Below are positions 41,220-50,650 of a stretch of DNA of 64,000 nucleotides, piece by piece. The stretch's first letter is position 1, and each line of letters opens with the position of its first letter. The notes beneath the pieces were generated by a model, which worked only from the letters and a program-made list of their open reading frames with translations, was not told where the DNA came from and ran no database searches. The position numbers were made by a program, and so were the translations under genes. Source of the DNA: Vulcanimicrobiota bacterium (GTDB lineage Bacteria > Vulcanimicrobiota > Xenobia > Xenobiales > JADMJV01); NCBI GenBank assembly GCA_050250895.1, contig JBFWNU010000001.1, positions 1,774,884-1,838,883 of the forward strand, given 5' to 3'.

Positions 41220-42740
41220 TTACATCCTGAAGATATTGGTTCCGCCTTCGCGTTGCGACTCGACCGACTGGCGCTCGACCTGGACGGTCTCGTAGAACTC
41301 GCGAAGCGACGCGCTGCCACACGACGAGATGGTGCCTTGCAGGGCTTTCATGTCGCGGGGAAGGTTCTTGTGCAGGCTGCCCTTATAGAGCACATAGCCT
41401 TCTTCGCCTTCGATGACGAAGGTGCGGGGATCGTCTTGCTGATAGCGGCGCACGTTCTTGGCCCGGGGAGAGGCCTCGCCCCAATAGGGTTTGACCGTGA
41501 CGGCCACCTCGGTGACCTGGCCCGAGAACAGCACCGGCAAACGTTTTTGGAACGAGGCGGTAGGGCTCTCTTCGAAGGCTGCGAAGAACTTGCCCATCAT
41601 GATGACGTCGGCTCCCATGGCCAGGGCCACGGCCATGTCGCCGGTCGACTCGATGCCGCCGTCGGAGACGATGGGCACATAGCGGCCCGTCTCGTGGAAA
41701 TACTCGTCGCGGGCCTGGGCCAGGCTATAGACGGCGGTGGCCTGGCCGCGGCCGATGGCTTTCACCCGGCGGGTGGTGCAGATCGAGCCCGAACCGATGC
41801 CCAACTTGACCGCGTCGGCGCCGGCCTCGACCAGAAAGCGAAAGCCCTCACGGTCGACCACGTTGCCGGCCACCACCGGCACGCCCAGCTTTTTCAGGTC
41901 TTCGACCGTCTCTTTCATATAGACCGAGTAGCCATCCGAGGCGTCGATCACCAGCACGTCGGCTCCGGCCTCGACCAGGTCCCGAGCGCGTGAGCGGTCC
42001 TCGGGATGGGTCGAGACGGCGGCCGCTACCCGCAGGCGTTTCTGCTCGTCGACCAGCGCTCCGGGAAATTTGTGAGCATGCTTGATGTCGCGGAAGAAGA
42101 CCACCGAGCGCAGCAGCCCGTCGTCATCGATGACCGGCAGCACGCCGATGCCGGACTCGAAGATGAGGTCGTTGGCTTCGCTCAGTGTCAGACCGTGGCG
42201 GCCGACCACCAGTTTGTCCATTCCGATCATGCGCTCGCGCACTTTGCAGTCGAGGTCTTTGGAGGGATGGTATTTCTTCTCGGTGATCAGGCCCTCGAGT
42301 TTGCCGGCCGCGTCGACCACCGGAAAGGTCGAGTAGCCGTGGCGTCGTTCGAGTTCGATCAGGTCGCTAATGGAAGAGTCGGCGCCCACCGTGATGACCC
42401 TGTCGACGAAGCCCGATTTGAAGCGCTTGACCGACTTGACGTGCTCGAGTTGGACCTCGCGCGACACGTTGCCGGCCGGAATGACGGCCAAGCCACCGTG
42501 CTGGGCCAGGGCGATGGCCAGGGTATCGCCCGAGACCGACTCCATGGCCGCGCTCATCAGCGGAATGCCCAGCTTCATATCGTGGGAGATGCGCGTCTCG
42601 AGCGTGACTTCGCGGATGTCGGTCTCGCGGCGGGTGCAGCGGGGAAGTAGAATGTATTCGCGGAACGTGGTGGAGAGCTCACCGGTGAACTTCTCGACGG
42701 GGGAATGCAAAGCTTCGACAGGTTTTTTCACGGTATCCAA
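41220..42740 (-). CDS. guaB: IMP dehydrogenase with CBS pair
   Basis: [36 protein letters not shown]; TTG start with GAGGTG SD. Confidence 0.93.
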   Translation of the reverse strand: MDTVKKPVEALHSPVEKFTGELSTTFREYILLPRCTRRETDIREVTLETRISHDMKLGIPLMSAAMESVSGDTLAIALAQHGGLAVIPAGNVSREVQLEHVKSVKRFKSGFVDRVITVGADSSISDLIELERRHGYSTFPVVDAAGKLEGLITEKKYHPSKDLDCKVRERMIGMDKLVVGRHGLTLSEANDLIFESGIGVLPVIDDDGLLRSVVFFRDIKHAHKFPGALVDEQKRLRVAAAVSTHPEDRSRARDLVEAGADVLVIDASDGYSVYMKETVEDLKKLGVPVVAGNVVDREGFRFLVEAGADAVKLGIGSGSICTTRRVKAIGRGQATAVYSLAQARDEYFHETGRYVPIVSDGGIESTGDMAVALAMGADVIMMGKFFAAFEESPTASFQKRLPVLFSGQVTEVAVTVKPYWGEASPRAKNVRRYQQDDPRTFVIEGEEGYVLYKGSLHKNLPRDMKALQGTISSCGSASLREFYETVQVERQSVESQREGGTNIFRM

Positions 42741-42797
42741 GGCGTCACCTCGGCCAGCCCTTTCGTTACGGGGTTTGACTCCCCTTCCGCTAACCCG

Positions 42798-42826
42798 TTG
42801 ACATCCCCGGGCTGCAATGGTAGCAT
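42798..42826 (+). promoter_or_regulatory. Sigma70-type promoter of tRNA-Ile
   Basis: TTGACA-N17-TAGCAT with extended -10 TG. Confidence 0.75.
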
Positions 42827-42840
42827 AGGCCCTACCTCAC

Positions 42841-42917
42841 GGGGTTATAGCTCAGCCGGTTAGAGCGCATCCCTGATAAGGATGAGGTCCGTGGTTCGAG
42901 TCCACGTAACCCCACCA
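42841..42917 (+). tRNA. tRNA-Ile(GAT)
   Basis: Acceptor GGGGTTA/TAACCCC, anticodon arm CATCC-CTGATAA-GGATG, TTCGA T-loop, encoded CCA. Confidence 0.96.
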
Positions 42918-42918
42918 C

Positions 42919-42950
42919 AAGCTCCCCATCCTGGGCGGGCTTTTTTGTTT
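42919..42950 (+). terminator. Intrinsic terminator after tRNA-Ile
   Basis: AGCTCCCCA...TGGGCGGGCT hairpin followed by a T run. Confidence 0.65.
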
Positions 42951-42953
42951 GGC

Positions 42954-42982
42954 TTGACCGTGAGGGCTTCTGGTGCTAGAAT
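42954..42982 (+). promoter_or_regulatory. Sigma70-type promoter of tRNA-Ala
   Basis: TTGACC-N17-TAGAAT with extended -10 TG. Confidence 0.75.
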
Positions 42983-42993
42983 CCTATCTGCCC

Positions 42994-43069
42994 GGGGCCA
43001 TAGCTCAGCTGGGAGAGCGCCTGCCTTGCACGTAGAAGGTCGTCGGTTCGAATCCGACTGGCTCCACCA
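42994..43069 (+). tRNA. tRNA-Ala(TGC)
   Basis: GGGGCCA/TGGCTCC with G3:U70, anticodon loop CTTGCAC, GGTTCGAATCC, CCA; anticodon stem has a C-A mismatch and a G-U pair. Confidence 0.94.
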
Positions 43070-43075
43070 CCCCCG

Positions 43076-43102
43076 AAAACCGCTTCAACAGGCGGTTTTT
43101 TT
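43076..43102. terminator. Bidirectional intrinsic terminator
   Basis: AAAACCGC-loop-GCGGTTTTTTT between tRNA-Ala and the convergent gene. Confidence 0.8.
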
Positions 43103-43111
43103 GTTGACGCT

Positions 43112-43777
43112 CTAGGTGCAGTTGCTGCAGCAGAAGTACTCATCCTGGGTCGGAGTGTAGGTAAAGCCTCCGCACAGAGTCACATCGAGCTGACTGGCAT
43201 TGGGTCGAGCGATGGCGCAATTGACGTTGACCGAGGCCGGCTGAGCTGCGCTGAAGTCGACGCAGATCTGAAAATCAGCGCTGTCGGTGGCACATGACGC
43301 CGATTCGGGCAAGCGACCGGCGCTGCAAAAGCAACTGCCATCGCAGGCGCCAGGGTTGCAGCAGCACCTGCAGGTGGTGGCGGCGTTCGGGCAGGGGAGG
43401 CAGGGGGTGGGATCGTCTCCGCAGTCGAAGGTGCAGCCACTCGAGGCCGCCGCCGGTTGGGGCAGGGCCACGGTGGCAATGACAGGCAGAGCAGCCACTT
43501 TTCCCCACCGCGCGAGGAATTCGCGTCGACCTAACGGGGGTGAGTCGCTCTCTTCGAGCAGGCCAAGTTTCTGAAACTCGGTCACAGCCAGGGCCACCGT
43601 ATCAAGCTCTAGAGCCTCGGCCATCCCCAGGCACGATCCGTCACAAGCTCTGAACACCTCGGCCGCGCTAGCGTTCAGACTGTGAACCTGGTGATTGTGC
43701 GGGTCAAAAACCAGTAGTTCGTCACCCACCTGCGAGAAAACCAAAGCCGCTTTGCGTTGGGGCATCCGTCGGTCCAT
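43112..43777 (-). CDS. PqqD/RRE domain fused to a twin-Arg leader and Cys-rich C-terminus
   Basis: VGDELLVFD...HSLNASAAEVFRACDG...GLL (PqqD); GRREFL; LPVIATVALPQPAAASS; 18 Cys afterwards. Confidence 0.8.
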   Translation of the reverse strand: MDRRMPQRKAALVFSQVGDELLVFDPHNHQVHSLNASAAEVFRACDGSCLGMAEALELDTVALAVTEFQKLGLLEESDSPPLGRREFLARWGKVAALPVIATVALPQPAAASSGCTFDCGDDPTPCLPCPNAATTCRCCCNPGACDGSCFCSAGRLPESASCATDSADFQICVDFSAAQPASVNVNCAIARPNASQLDVTLCGGFTYTPTQDEYFCCSNCT

Positions 43778-43932
43778 GGGTCTAGGGTAGGGTCAACGTG
43801 TGTCGAGAGGCAGTGCAAGCGTGTAAAAAGTGTGTCCGTCCCGCCACCTCGGAGCGGACGTTGACTTCCGTCACTGTTCCTGATTGTGCCAGGGGCTAGA
43901 CTAGCTCCATCACCGAAAGGAGTCCAACCAGA

Positions 43933-44613
43933 ATGCTCATCGACAACTGCTACGGGCGCCAGCCCTTTCGCCCCGTCTACTGCCGCCATTTCGCGGCGCC
44001 GACGCCGCCCATGCTCGACACCTTCACTCCGAGCGACCCCTTGGCCGTGGCCCCCACCCTGGTGCTGCTGCCCCAACTGGTGGCCACCGCCCCTCCGCGC
44101 CGACGTCCCCAGTTCACGGGCTTTGCCCCTCGACCCCAACAGCTCTACCTCGACGACGCCGTCCATCTCAATAATACCCGTCGCCAGCTCGAGGGTTGCG
44201 AGTCCGTCCAGTTGGCGACCAGTCTCAAAGGGGTCTATTCCCGGCAGCTGATCGGCCGGTTGCCCGGCTTTCAAGACCTGCGCCACCTGCGCGAGACCAA
44301 TAACGGCCAGAACAATCTGTGCGCGAACTTCGTCTCGGCCATCCTCGAGAAAACCCAGGGTTTGAAGGGCCACTATATCAGTGTGCCACGGCTCGAGCGG
44401 GCCCTCAACGAGCAGGGTTGGCACCCGGTGGCCCGCGGCCAGGCGCGACCGGGAGATGTCTGGCTCAGCGACGGCCATGTCGAGCTGGTCAGTCGTGAAG
44501 GCGGCACCCACACCATCGGCAGCAACAATCTGCCCGGCCAGGCGGTCCAGCGGGTGTCCGAGCGGGCCAAGCCGCCGGGGCGCGGGCGCTACTACACTCG
44601 CAGGACCCTTTAG
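43933..44613 (+). CDS. Putative papain-fold (CHAP/NlpC-P60-like) peptidoglycan amidase
   Basis: SD AAAGGAG; CANFVS, GW..V...RPGDV, GHVELV, IGSNN. Confidence 0.65.
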   Translation: MLIDNCYGRQPFRPVYCRHFAAPTPPMLDTFTPSDPLAVAPTLVLLPQLVATAPPRRRPQFTGFAPRPQQLYLDDAVHLNNTRRQLEGCESVQLATSLKGVYSRQLIGRLPGFQDLRHLRETNNGQNNLCANFVSAILEKTQGLKGHYISVPRLERALNEQGWHPVARGQARPGDVWLSDGHVELVSREGGTHTIGSNNLPGQAVQRVSERAKPPGRGRYYTRRTL

Positions 44614-44635
44614 CACTCATGCCAAAAATGGCAGA

Positions 44636-45883
44636 GTGAGCGAGCTGGAGCGCTATCTCTCGGCCCAGAAGGCGCTGGGTAACCGAGATTCCCAGGGTTT
44701 CTTCACCCTCGACCAGGGTCGGGCCCTGGCCAAGATTCGCGAGTATCAGCTGGCTTCGCCCCACGAGTTCATTCTCAAGTTGGTAGCTTCGGCGGTCGCC
44801 GCCGGGGCTACCTATTTTCATATCGAGCAGTCGCGAACTCGCCTGTTGATCGAGCGCGACGGCCGGGCTTTGACCTTTGACGAGCTGTCGAACATCTTTT
44901 CGGCGGTGCTGGTGAGCCAGGCCAACCCCGAGGTGGCGGCGGTCCGCGAACTGGCTGTCGGGCTCAACGGGGCGCTCCATTTTCGACCGCGCTGGGTGCA
45001 GGTGATCTCTTCGTGCGAGCACGGCTCGGTCCGGCTGCGCCTTGATGGAAATCAGCTGACCGTCGAGCGCTTCCAGGGGGCAACCCACCAGCGCGAGTTT
45101 CAGGGCTTCGGTTTGGAAGAAGACTCGGTGGACCGGACCTATTTCGAGCTGGAGGGCATGCAGCGTTCTCCCCTCGAGTTGCTCAAAGGAGTCGTCCAGG
45201 GGGCCGGAGAGATCGTGGCTCTGCGTCAGCGAGCTGCCCTTTGTGGACTGAAGGTCAAGCTCAACGGCGCCCCCCTGGATCTGACCCCCGATCTGGGCTC
45301 CCCCCTGATCGTTACTCGCAGCGGCAAGCCCGGGGTGCGCTTGCCGAAGGTGCGGGTCAAGGCGCCGGTGTTGAGTTCCACCTTCGAATTTCCTGAGGCC
45401 GATTATTGCTGGCTGGCCCTGCAACCCAGGCCCGACAGTCAGGTCGAGGTGGTGCTGCACGGCGTGGTTTATCCGGCTCGCTTGAAGTATGCCTGTTTTG
45501 GCCTGCAGGCCATCGTCAGCGTGCCCGGCCTCTTGACCGACCTGAGCGGCTCAGCCGTGGTAGAGAACCCGGCCTTCGAGGCCGTGCTCGAGACGCTTTC
45601 ACACCAGATCGACGGGCTGGTGACCCGACTGACGGCGGGTCTGGAGCGATTGGCTATCGAGTCGCGACTCGAGGCCACCGACCTGCTCGACCACTACGCG
45701 ATCAATTGTGTCGAGAACGGCCAGCCCGAGCGAGCCGAGGCTATCTTCAAACGGCTGCGGGCGGTGCGCACCGGCGCGCTGACGGGACGCTACGACATGG
45801 CCGAGCGCTTTGCCCGCTGGTCGCGCCACTATCGCGACCGCGGCGTGGCCAGCGAAGCCTCTTACTACTACCGCGGGCTCTAG
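44636..45883 (+). CDS. Hypothetical protein with a degenerate HSP90/GHKL-like N-terminal domain
   Basis: GFFTLD...AKIREYQL...ILKLVASAVAAGA...DG...ELAVGLNGA. Confidence 0.55.
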   Translation: MSELERYLSAQKALGNRDSQGFFTLDQGRALAKIREYQLASPHEFILKLVASAVAAGATYFHIEQSRTRLLIERDGRALTFDELSNIFSAVLVSQANPEVAAVRELAVGLNGALHFRPRWVQVISSCEHGSVRLRLDGNQLTVERFQGATHQREFQGFGLEEDSVDRTYFELEGMQRSPLELLKGVVQGAGEIVALRQRAALCGLKVKLNGAPLDLTPDLGSPLIVTRSGKPGVRLPKVRVKAPVLSSTFEFPEADYCWLALQPRPDSQVEVVLHGVVYPARLKYACFGLQAIVSVPGLLTDLSGSAVVENPAFEAVLETLSHQIDGLVTRLTAGLERLAIESRLEATDLLDHYAINCVENGQPERAEAIFKRLRAVRTGALTGRYDMAERFARWSRHYRDRGVASEASYYYRGL

Positions 45884-48072
45884 TCGTAGGCCGAACGGTA
45901 GCGCACCTGGCCCCACACGGGATAGCCGCGATCGCCTTTTTGAAGAAAATCGGCGGCGAAGGTCAAGACGCGCTTTTTGTCCTGGCTGAAGCTGACTTCG
46001 TGGATCACAAACTCGCCCGACTCGTTAGAGCTGGCTCGACCGTCGCCCGAGAAGCTCAGGCGAGGCCCGCGCCAGTCGTAGCGGTCTCGGCCGACCCTAA
46101 AACGACCCGGACGAATGGCCTTCTCGCCAGCGGAAAAGGTGATGTTATACCACGAGTTCTCGGCCGTTTGAATGCTGATGTTGACCCCCCGCGGGCTCTT
46201 GCCGTCGTAGCTGTAGCTGGGGTTGACCTTGATGGTATCGTGGCGTGGGCTCCAGTTGATCTCGCGACCCTGTCCCACCCACTCTTGCTCGTGCGAGCTG
46301 AGAATGTAGATGCCGGTGTGCGACCCGCCCGAGCGCCGAGCCGGTGGAAATTGGAAGTCGGCCGACATCAACTCGGCCCGGTCGACATGCTCGAGATCGG
46401 CCTGTTTGTAGGTGGCCAGTCGGGTCGCATAATCTTTGTTGCCGGGGGCCAGTTCTGAGGCCCGGGCGGCCTCTTGAAAAGCCTGGCGGTAGTCCTTCTG
46501 AAGATAGGCGGCCTTGGCTCGCACGGTGGCTAGCGCCGCTAGCTCTGGCTTGTTCTTGCCCACCAGACGACCCGCGTCGTTGGCGATCGCGACGGCCCCG
46601 GCGTAGTCAGCCGACACCAGGGCTTGCTGGGCCTGACTCAGCAGCTCGCGAGTGGACTCGAGCTTGAGAGCGGTGATCTGAGCCTCGAACCCTTTAGGGT
46701 CGGGTAGGCCCCTTGCCAGTTCTTTGGCTTCTTTGAGTTCTTCGAGCCCCGCGTCGATCTGGCGCTGGCTGAACGCTTTGGTGGCCGCCTTGAGGTGGGC
46801 CTCGGCGGCCAACTGGGTCAGTTCGGCTACCCGGGCCTCGACCTCGGGCGCGTCCGGGCGCTCCTTCTGAAGTTGCCGGTAGAGGTCCAGAGCCTCGTCG
46901 GGCCGCCCGGCCGATTCGAGCACGGCCGCCTTGTAGACGCGCGTCTCGAAGCTAGACTCAGGCAAGCTGTCCTGCAGCTTCTCGACTTGTCCCAGCCGGG
47001 TCAGGGCCACTTCGTGATCACCCGCCTGGTGGGCGGTGCGGGCCCGGCTAAAGAAGTCCTCGATGTAGGCAGGCCGCCGCGGTTTATCGAGCTTGAGGAT
47101 CCAGGTGATCGTCTGGTCGTAGTGAGCTTGCTGGTCGTGGACCTCGATAAGTTTGGTCACCGCACTGATGCGACCCGGCTCGTTCTCATCGCGCTGGGCC
47201 AGGGTTACGGCCACCTCGAGCTGGGCTTCGGCCTCGCTAAAGCGGCGCCCGGCCAGGGCCTTCTCGGCCGCCTGCATCTGCAGGTCGAATGGCCGGGTGG
47301 TGGCCAGTTCGGTGGGGCCACCACGGTTGACCAGCGAGGCCATCAGCGGCGGTAGAATCGCTAGCGCCGCCACGGTCACCAAAACGACGCTGAGGGCCAG
47401 GGCTATCCGGCGCCGGCTGGTCCGCCGGGCCTGAGCGCGAACGTCGTCTCTTTCTTTGAGCCGGCTGAGGTTGTGCTGGGCCCGTCGGATAGCCTCTTGA
47501 ATCTCGGGGTCGGTCCGCCCGGGCAGTTGCTCGAGCTTGGCCAGCAGGGGCTGGGCTTGTTCGGCCGTGTCGACCTGGCCGGTCGCGTTGCAGAGGGTCC
47601 GGGCACAGGCTCTCTGCATCGGCAGTGAGTCGCGAAAGCTGGGCAGTGCTTCGATTTCGGTAGCGGCCTGGGTCAACTCGGCCGCGTCGGCTTCGCGGGC
47701 AGTGCAGCGAAAGAGAGCGCTGGCTCGCGACTCTTGCATCTTCAGAGAGGCTCCATAACCTGATAGCTGGCTAATCGAGGCTGCAACCCCCAGGCCCTCA
47801 CGAGTGCTTTCGACGTGACCGGCGGCGACCGCGAGGGCGGCTGCCAACGCTTCTCGGTGCTCAAGTTGGCAGCCAGCGAGCTGATTGAGGCGGGTCATCA
47901 GGTTGGCGGCGTTGAGAGCGGTTTCGACGCGCTCGGCCAACTGCAGCAGGGTGTCGCGATAAAGCGCCTCGTCGGGCTCGGATTGGTTGGCGATGGTGTC
48001 GGCAATCTGCAGGCCGCTGGCAAAGTCGGTTGCCTCGACCGCCTGCCTGGCCAGTTCCCCGGGACTGCTCAT
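45880..48072 (-). CDS. Single-pass membrane TPR-like protein with C-terminal beta domain
   Basis: Helical repeats, TM after RRRI, TPR-like AAVLESAGRPDEALDLY, beta-rich C-terminus. Confidence 0.75.
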   Translation of the reverse strand: MSSPGELARQAVEATDFASGLQIADTIANQSEPDEALYRDTLLQLAERVETALNAANLMTRLNQLAGCQLEHREALAAALAVAAGHVESTREGLGVAASISQLSGYGASLKMQESRASALFRCTAREADAAELTQAATEIEALPSFRDSLPMQRACARTLCNATGQVDTAEQAQPLLAKLEQLPGRTDPEIQEAIRRAQHNLSRLKERDDVRAQARRTSRRRIALALSVVLVTVAALAILPPLMASLVNRGGPTELATTRPFDLQMQAAEKALAGRRFSEAEAQLEVAVTLAQRDENEPGRISAVTKLIEVHDQQAHYDQTITWILKLDKPRRPAYIEDFFSRARTAHQAGDHEVALTRLGQVEKLQDSLPESSFETRVYKAAVLESAGRPDEALDLYRQLQKERPDAPEVEARVAELTQLAAEAHLKAATKAFSQRQIDAGLEELKEAKELARGLPDPKGFEAQITALKLESTRELLSQAQQALVSADYAGAVAIANDAGRLVGKNKPELAALATVRAKAAYLQKDYRQAFQEAARASELAPGNKDYATRLATYKQADLEHVDRAELMSADFQFPPARRSGGSHTGIYILSSHEQEWVGQGREINWSPRHDTIKVNPSYSYDGKSPRGVNISIQTAENSWYNITFSAGEKAIRPGRFRVGRDRYDWRGPRLSFSGDGRASSNESGEFVIHEVSFSQDKKRVLTFAADFLQKGDRGYPVWGQVRYRSAYD

Positions 48073-48108
48073 AGGCACTTTTTCGACGAGCGCCGGTCGG
48101 GTGCCTCG

Positions 48109-48570
48109 TCAGGCTTGACTTTGAGCCGGCTCGTTGCGACCCTCGAATACCATCAGGATGACCAGAATGACGATGCCAACCGTAATGCCAGAATCGGCCA
48201 GATTGAAGACGGGCCAGATCTTGAAGTCGAGAAAGTCGACCACGAAGCTGTGGCGGATCCGATCCAACAGATTGCCCGCCGCCCCTCCCAGAATGAGGCC
48301 GAAGGCATAAGCGTGAGGCAGCGTGAGGTCCTCGGTCGAGCGGATGGCATAAAGCAGGCCGATGGTGATGACAATGCCGAAAATGATGAACAGGTGGTTG
48401 TGCCCGGTCATGAAGCTGAAGGCTCCACCGGTGTTCTCTGAATAGGTGAGGGCCCAGCCGCCGGGCATCTCGATGCTGCCGAGGGGGCGAAGCCAATGCA
48501 AGGCCGCGAGTTTGGAAAGCTGGTCGACCAGAAAGACGACCAGCGCCAGAACCATCAGGCGCACGCGCAC
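48109..48570 (-). CDS. lspA: Lipoprotein signal peptidase II
   Basis: DQLSK, NTGGAFS, GGAAGNLLDR, VVDF, WPVFNLADS. Confidence 0.95.
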   Translation of the reverse strand: MRVRLMVLALVVFLVDQLSKLAALHWLRPLGSIEMPGGWALTYSENTGGAFSFMTGHNHLFIIFGIVITIGLLYAIRSTEDLTLPHAYAFGLILGGAAGNLLDRIRHSFVVDFLDFKIWPVFNLADSGITVGIVILVILMVFEGRNEPAQSQA

Positions 48571-48571
48571 G

Positions 48572-48808
48572 CTAGTCGTCCTCGGCCTCTCCCAGTCTGG
48601 CCAGTTGTTTCTTGACCAGTGAAACCACGCCATCTTTGACCTGGCGGCGCTTGTCGCTTTCGAGCTGGTGAAAGAGATAATACACCAGCAACGAGCCAAC
48701 CGCCCCGACCAGGGCCACCCCCACCAGCTTCTCGGGAGCATAGGGGTCGCCCATGTCGTCGTCGAGTTCGATGACTTCTACTTCGCTTCTATCGAGGGGG
48801 TCGTCCAT
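48572..48808 (-). CDS. Small single-TM hypothetical protein
   Basis: SD AAGGAG; acidic N-terminus, one TM, amphipathic C-terminus. Confidence 0.75.
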   Translation of the reverse strand: MDDPLDRSEVEVIELDDDMGDPYAPEKLVGVALVGAVGSLLVYYLFHQLESDKRRQVKDGVVSLVKKQLARLGEAEDD

Positions 48809-48846
48809 TTGATCTCCTTGTTGGCCCTGTCCTTCCGGCCCTGGCC

Positions 48847-49173
48847 TCACTTTACCTCCAGCTCGAGGTAGCCCTGATAATGCTCGGCAAGTTGGCTGAC
48901 GGCGGCCGCAAAGCTCTCGAGCAGCAACTGGCTGGCGGCCGCCTGCTGCGGGTTCATCGGCTCGTGGAGAATCAGGTGAAATACACCGTCGTCAGCACTT
49001 AGCTCGGCCGGCAGCCGGGCAATCTCCGAAAACGCGATGCCCAAATAGCCGACCAGGGCCGAAACCCCGGCGCAGACAAGGTCGAGGCCCTCGTCGTCAA
49101 AGCCGGCGTGGCCATGGCAACGAACCTCTTGGATAGCGCCTTGTGGACTTCTTCTCAGCTGGATCTTGACCAT
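48847..49173 (-). CDS. prp: Ribosomal-processing cysteine protease Prp (YsxB)
   Basis: GHAG...DLVCAGVSAL catalytic His/Cys; lies downstream of rplU. Confidence 0.88.
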   Translation of the reverse strand: MVKIQLRRSPQGAIQEVRCHGHAGFDDEGLDLVCAGVSALVGYLGIAFSEIARLPAELSADDGVFHLILHEPMNPQQAAASQLLLESFAAAVSQLAEHYQGYLELEVK

Positions 49174-49230
49174 AAACTGGATGAGGCACACCTGGGTGTG
49201 CCTCATTCTCGGCAGGTTCTCGAAAAGCGA

Positions 49231-49542
49231 TTACTTGGCCGAAATGTCCTTGATGCGCAGGGCAGTGTAGTGCTGCCGGTGGCCCTTCTTGACGCGATAG
49301 CCTTTGCGCTTCTTGTATTTGAAGACGATCACTTTGCGAGTGCGGTGCTGCTCGACAATCTCGGCCTCGACACTGGCGCCCTCGACGTAAGGGGTGCCCA
49401 CCTTGATGGCGTCACCCGAAACCATCAGAACCTTGCCCAGGGTGACGGTGCTACCGATCTGCCCCTCGAGGCGATCCACACGGACGGTTTGTCCGGGGTT
49501 GACTCTATACTGTTTGCCCCCGGTCTCGATCACGGCGTACAT
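49231..49542 (-). CDS. rplU: 50S ribosomal protein L21
   Basis: MYAVIETGGKQY...KKGHRQ.YT; SD GGAGG. Confidence 0.98.
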   Translation of the reverse strand: MYAVIETGGKQYRVNPGQTVRVDRLEGQIGSTVTLGKVLMVSGDAIKVGTPYVEGASVEAEIVEQHRTRKVIVFKYKKRKGYRVKKGHRQHYTALRIKDISAK

Positions 49543-49573
49543 CCTGAACCTCCGATGAAAAATTAGCCCCGCG

Positions 49574-49602
49574 AGCTTATCACAACCCCCCGAGGCTGTC
49601 AA
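49574..49602 (-). promoter_or_regulatory. Sigma70-type promoter of rplU
   Basis: TTGACA-N17-TAAGCT with extended -10 TG on the minus strand. Confidence 0.7.
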
Positions 49603-49749
49603 CGTTAGTTTCGGTCGGGCCCCCCGCCACCCCGAGCGAATGCGACGATGTGGCAAGTTGATGATTCGCACCTGCTGAACTCGGGGTATGCCACTCTAAC
49701 ACCTTGCGCTCGCCCAGGAGTTCGCGCGCCGCGGGCTGAAGTCGCGACC

Positions 49750-50511
49750 ATGAGAAAAGGATACCTTTCAATGGCTCTCCTGGTCGCGACTTTGTTGGCA
49801 CTCCCCGCCCAAGCCCAACATCTCGGCACCATCGGCAAGGAGGTCCCAGGCCAGATTGGTGTATACGAGGTGAGATTGGAAGCAGGCGCTGCCCTGAAGC
49901 GCGGAGACATCGTGAGCATCGACCACGGTGGGAAGCGTGCCGGCGAAGCGGCTGTGCTCAGTGTCGAGTCCACCTCGGCCCAGGTCACCCTGCGTGGGGT
50001 CTTCGACGTGTCCCCAGGGGATCCGGTGGCCTTTGCTCGCTCCCCTCAGGCCTTAACCTCAGGCGCGTCAGCACAGCTTGCGCCGGGGGCGATTCCGGCC
50101 GGATTCGCCCGCCAGGACGATGGGAGAGGATGTGCCTACGGCATTCCGCCAGGTTTGACGCAAAAGGCCGAGCACGAATGGGGCCGCGGCAGCACGAAAT
50201 CTGGCCTCTTTAACGTTAGCGTCGCTCAAACCCTTGAGGCCAACCGCGACTACAAGAGCAATCTTGTCCAGGCTAAGGCGGCGGCCGACCACTACGGCGG
50301 GACCGTGGAGGAGGGGAAACTCCACTTTGGCGGAGTGGAATACAAGATGATCCGGGTGGAGACCCCCGTGAAGCCACCGAAGATATGTGGTGATATCCAG
50401 ATGTATGTGTTCACTCCCGAGCACACGTTTGTCGTGGAGGCGATGTTCGCAAACCAGAGCGACAGGAACACCGCAGCCCAGTTCATCAACTCCTTTAGCA
50501 TCACCCCGTGA
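49750..50511 (+). CDS. Exported hypothetical protein
   Basis: Signal peptide MRKGYLSMALLVATLLALPAQA; two beta-rich domains. Confidence 0.75.
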   Translation: MRKGYLSMALLVATLLALPAQAQHLGTIGKEVPGQIGVYEVRLEAGAALKRGDIVSIDHGGKRAGEAAVLSVESTSAQVTLRGVFDVSPGDPVAFARSPQALTSGASAQLAPGAIPAGFARQDDGRGCAYGIPPGLTQKAEHEWGRGSTKSGLFNVSVAQTLEANRDYKSNLVQAKAAADHYGGTVEEGKLHFGGVEYKMIRVETPVKPPKICGDIQMYVFTPEHTFVVEAMFANQSDRNTAAQFINSFSITP

Positions 50512-50610
50512 GCCCGGGCCCTGGTCTTGGACGAGCCTCCCGAGGAGCGATAAGAATCGACGACCTTCCCATTCGAGCCTCCATGCTTTGCGGGCACCCT
50601 TTGCCCGGCG

Positions 50611-50640
50611 TTGACGCAGAGCAATTCAAGAGGCTACAAT
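50611..50640 (+). promoter_or_regulatory. Sigma70-type promoter
   Basis: TTGACG-N18-TACAAT, 10 nt before a GTG start. Confidence 0.6.
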
Positions 50641-50650
50641 ATCTGCAGTT

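Noticed and set aside
42741-42800. Purine or ZTP riboswitch before guaB-ppa-purA
   Set aside because: The leader is too short and is occupied by divergent promoters.
42994-48100. Integrative element or prophage inserted at tRNA-Ala
   Set aside because: No integrase, no duplicated tRNA 3' end seen and no clear compositional shift.
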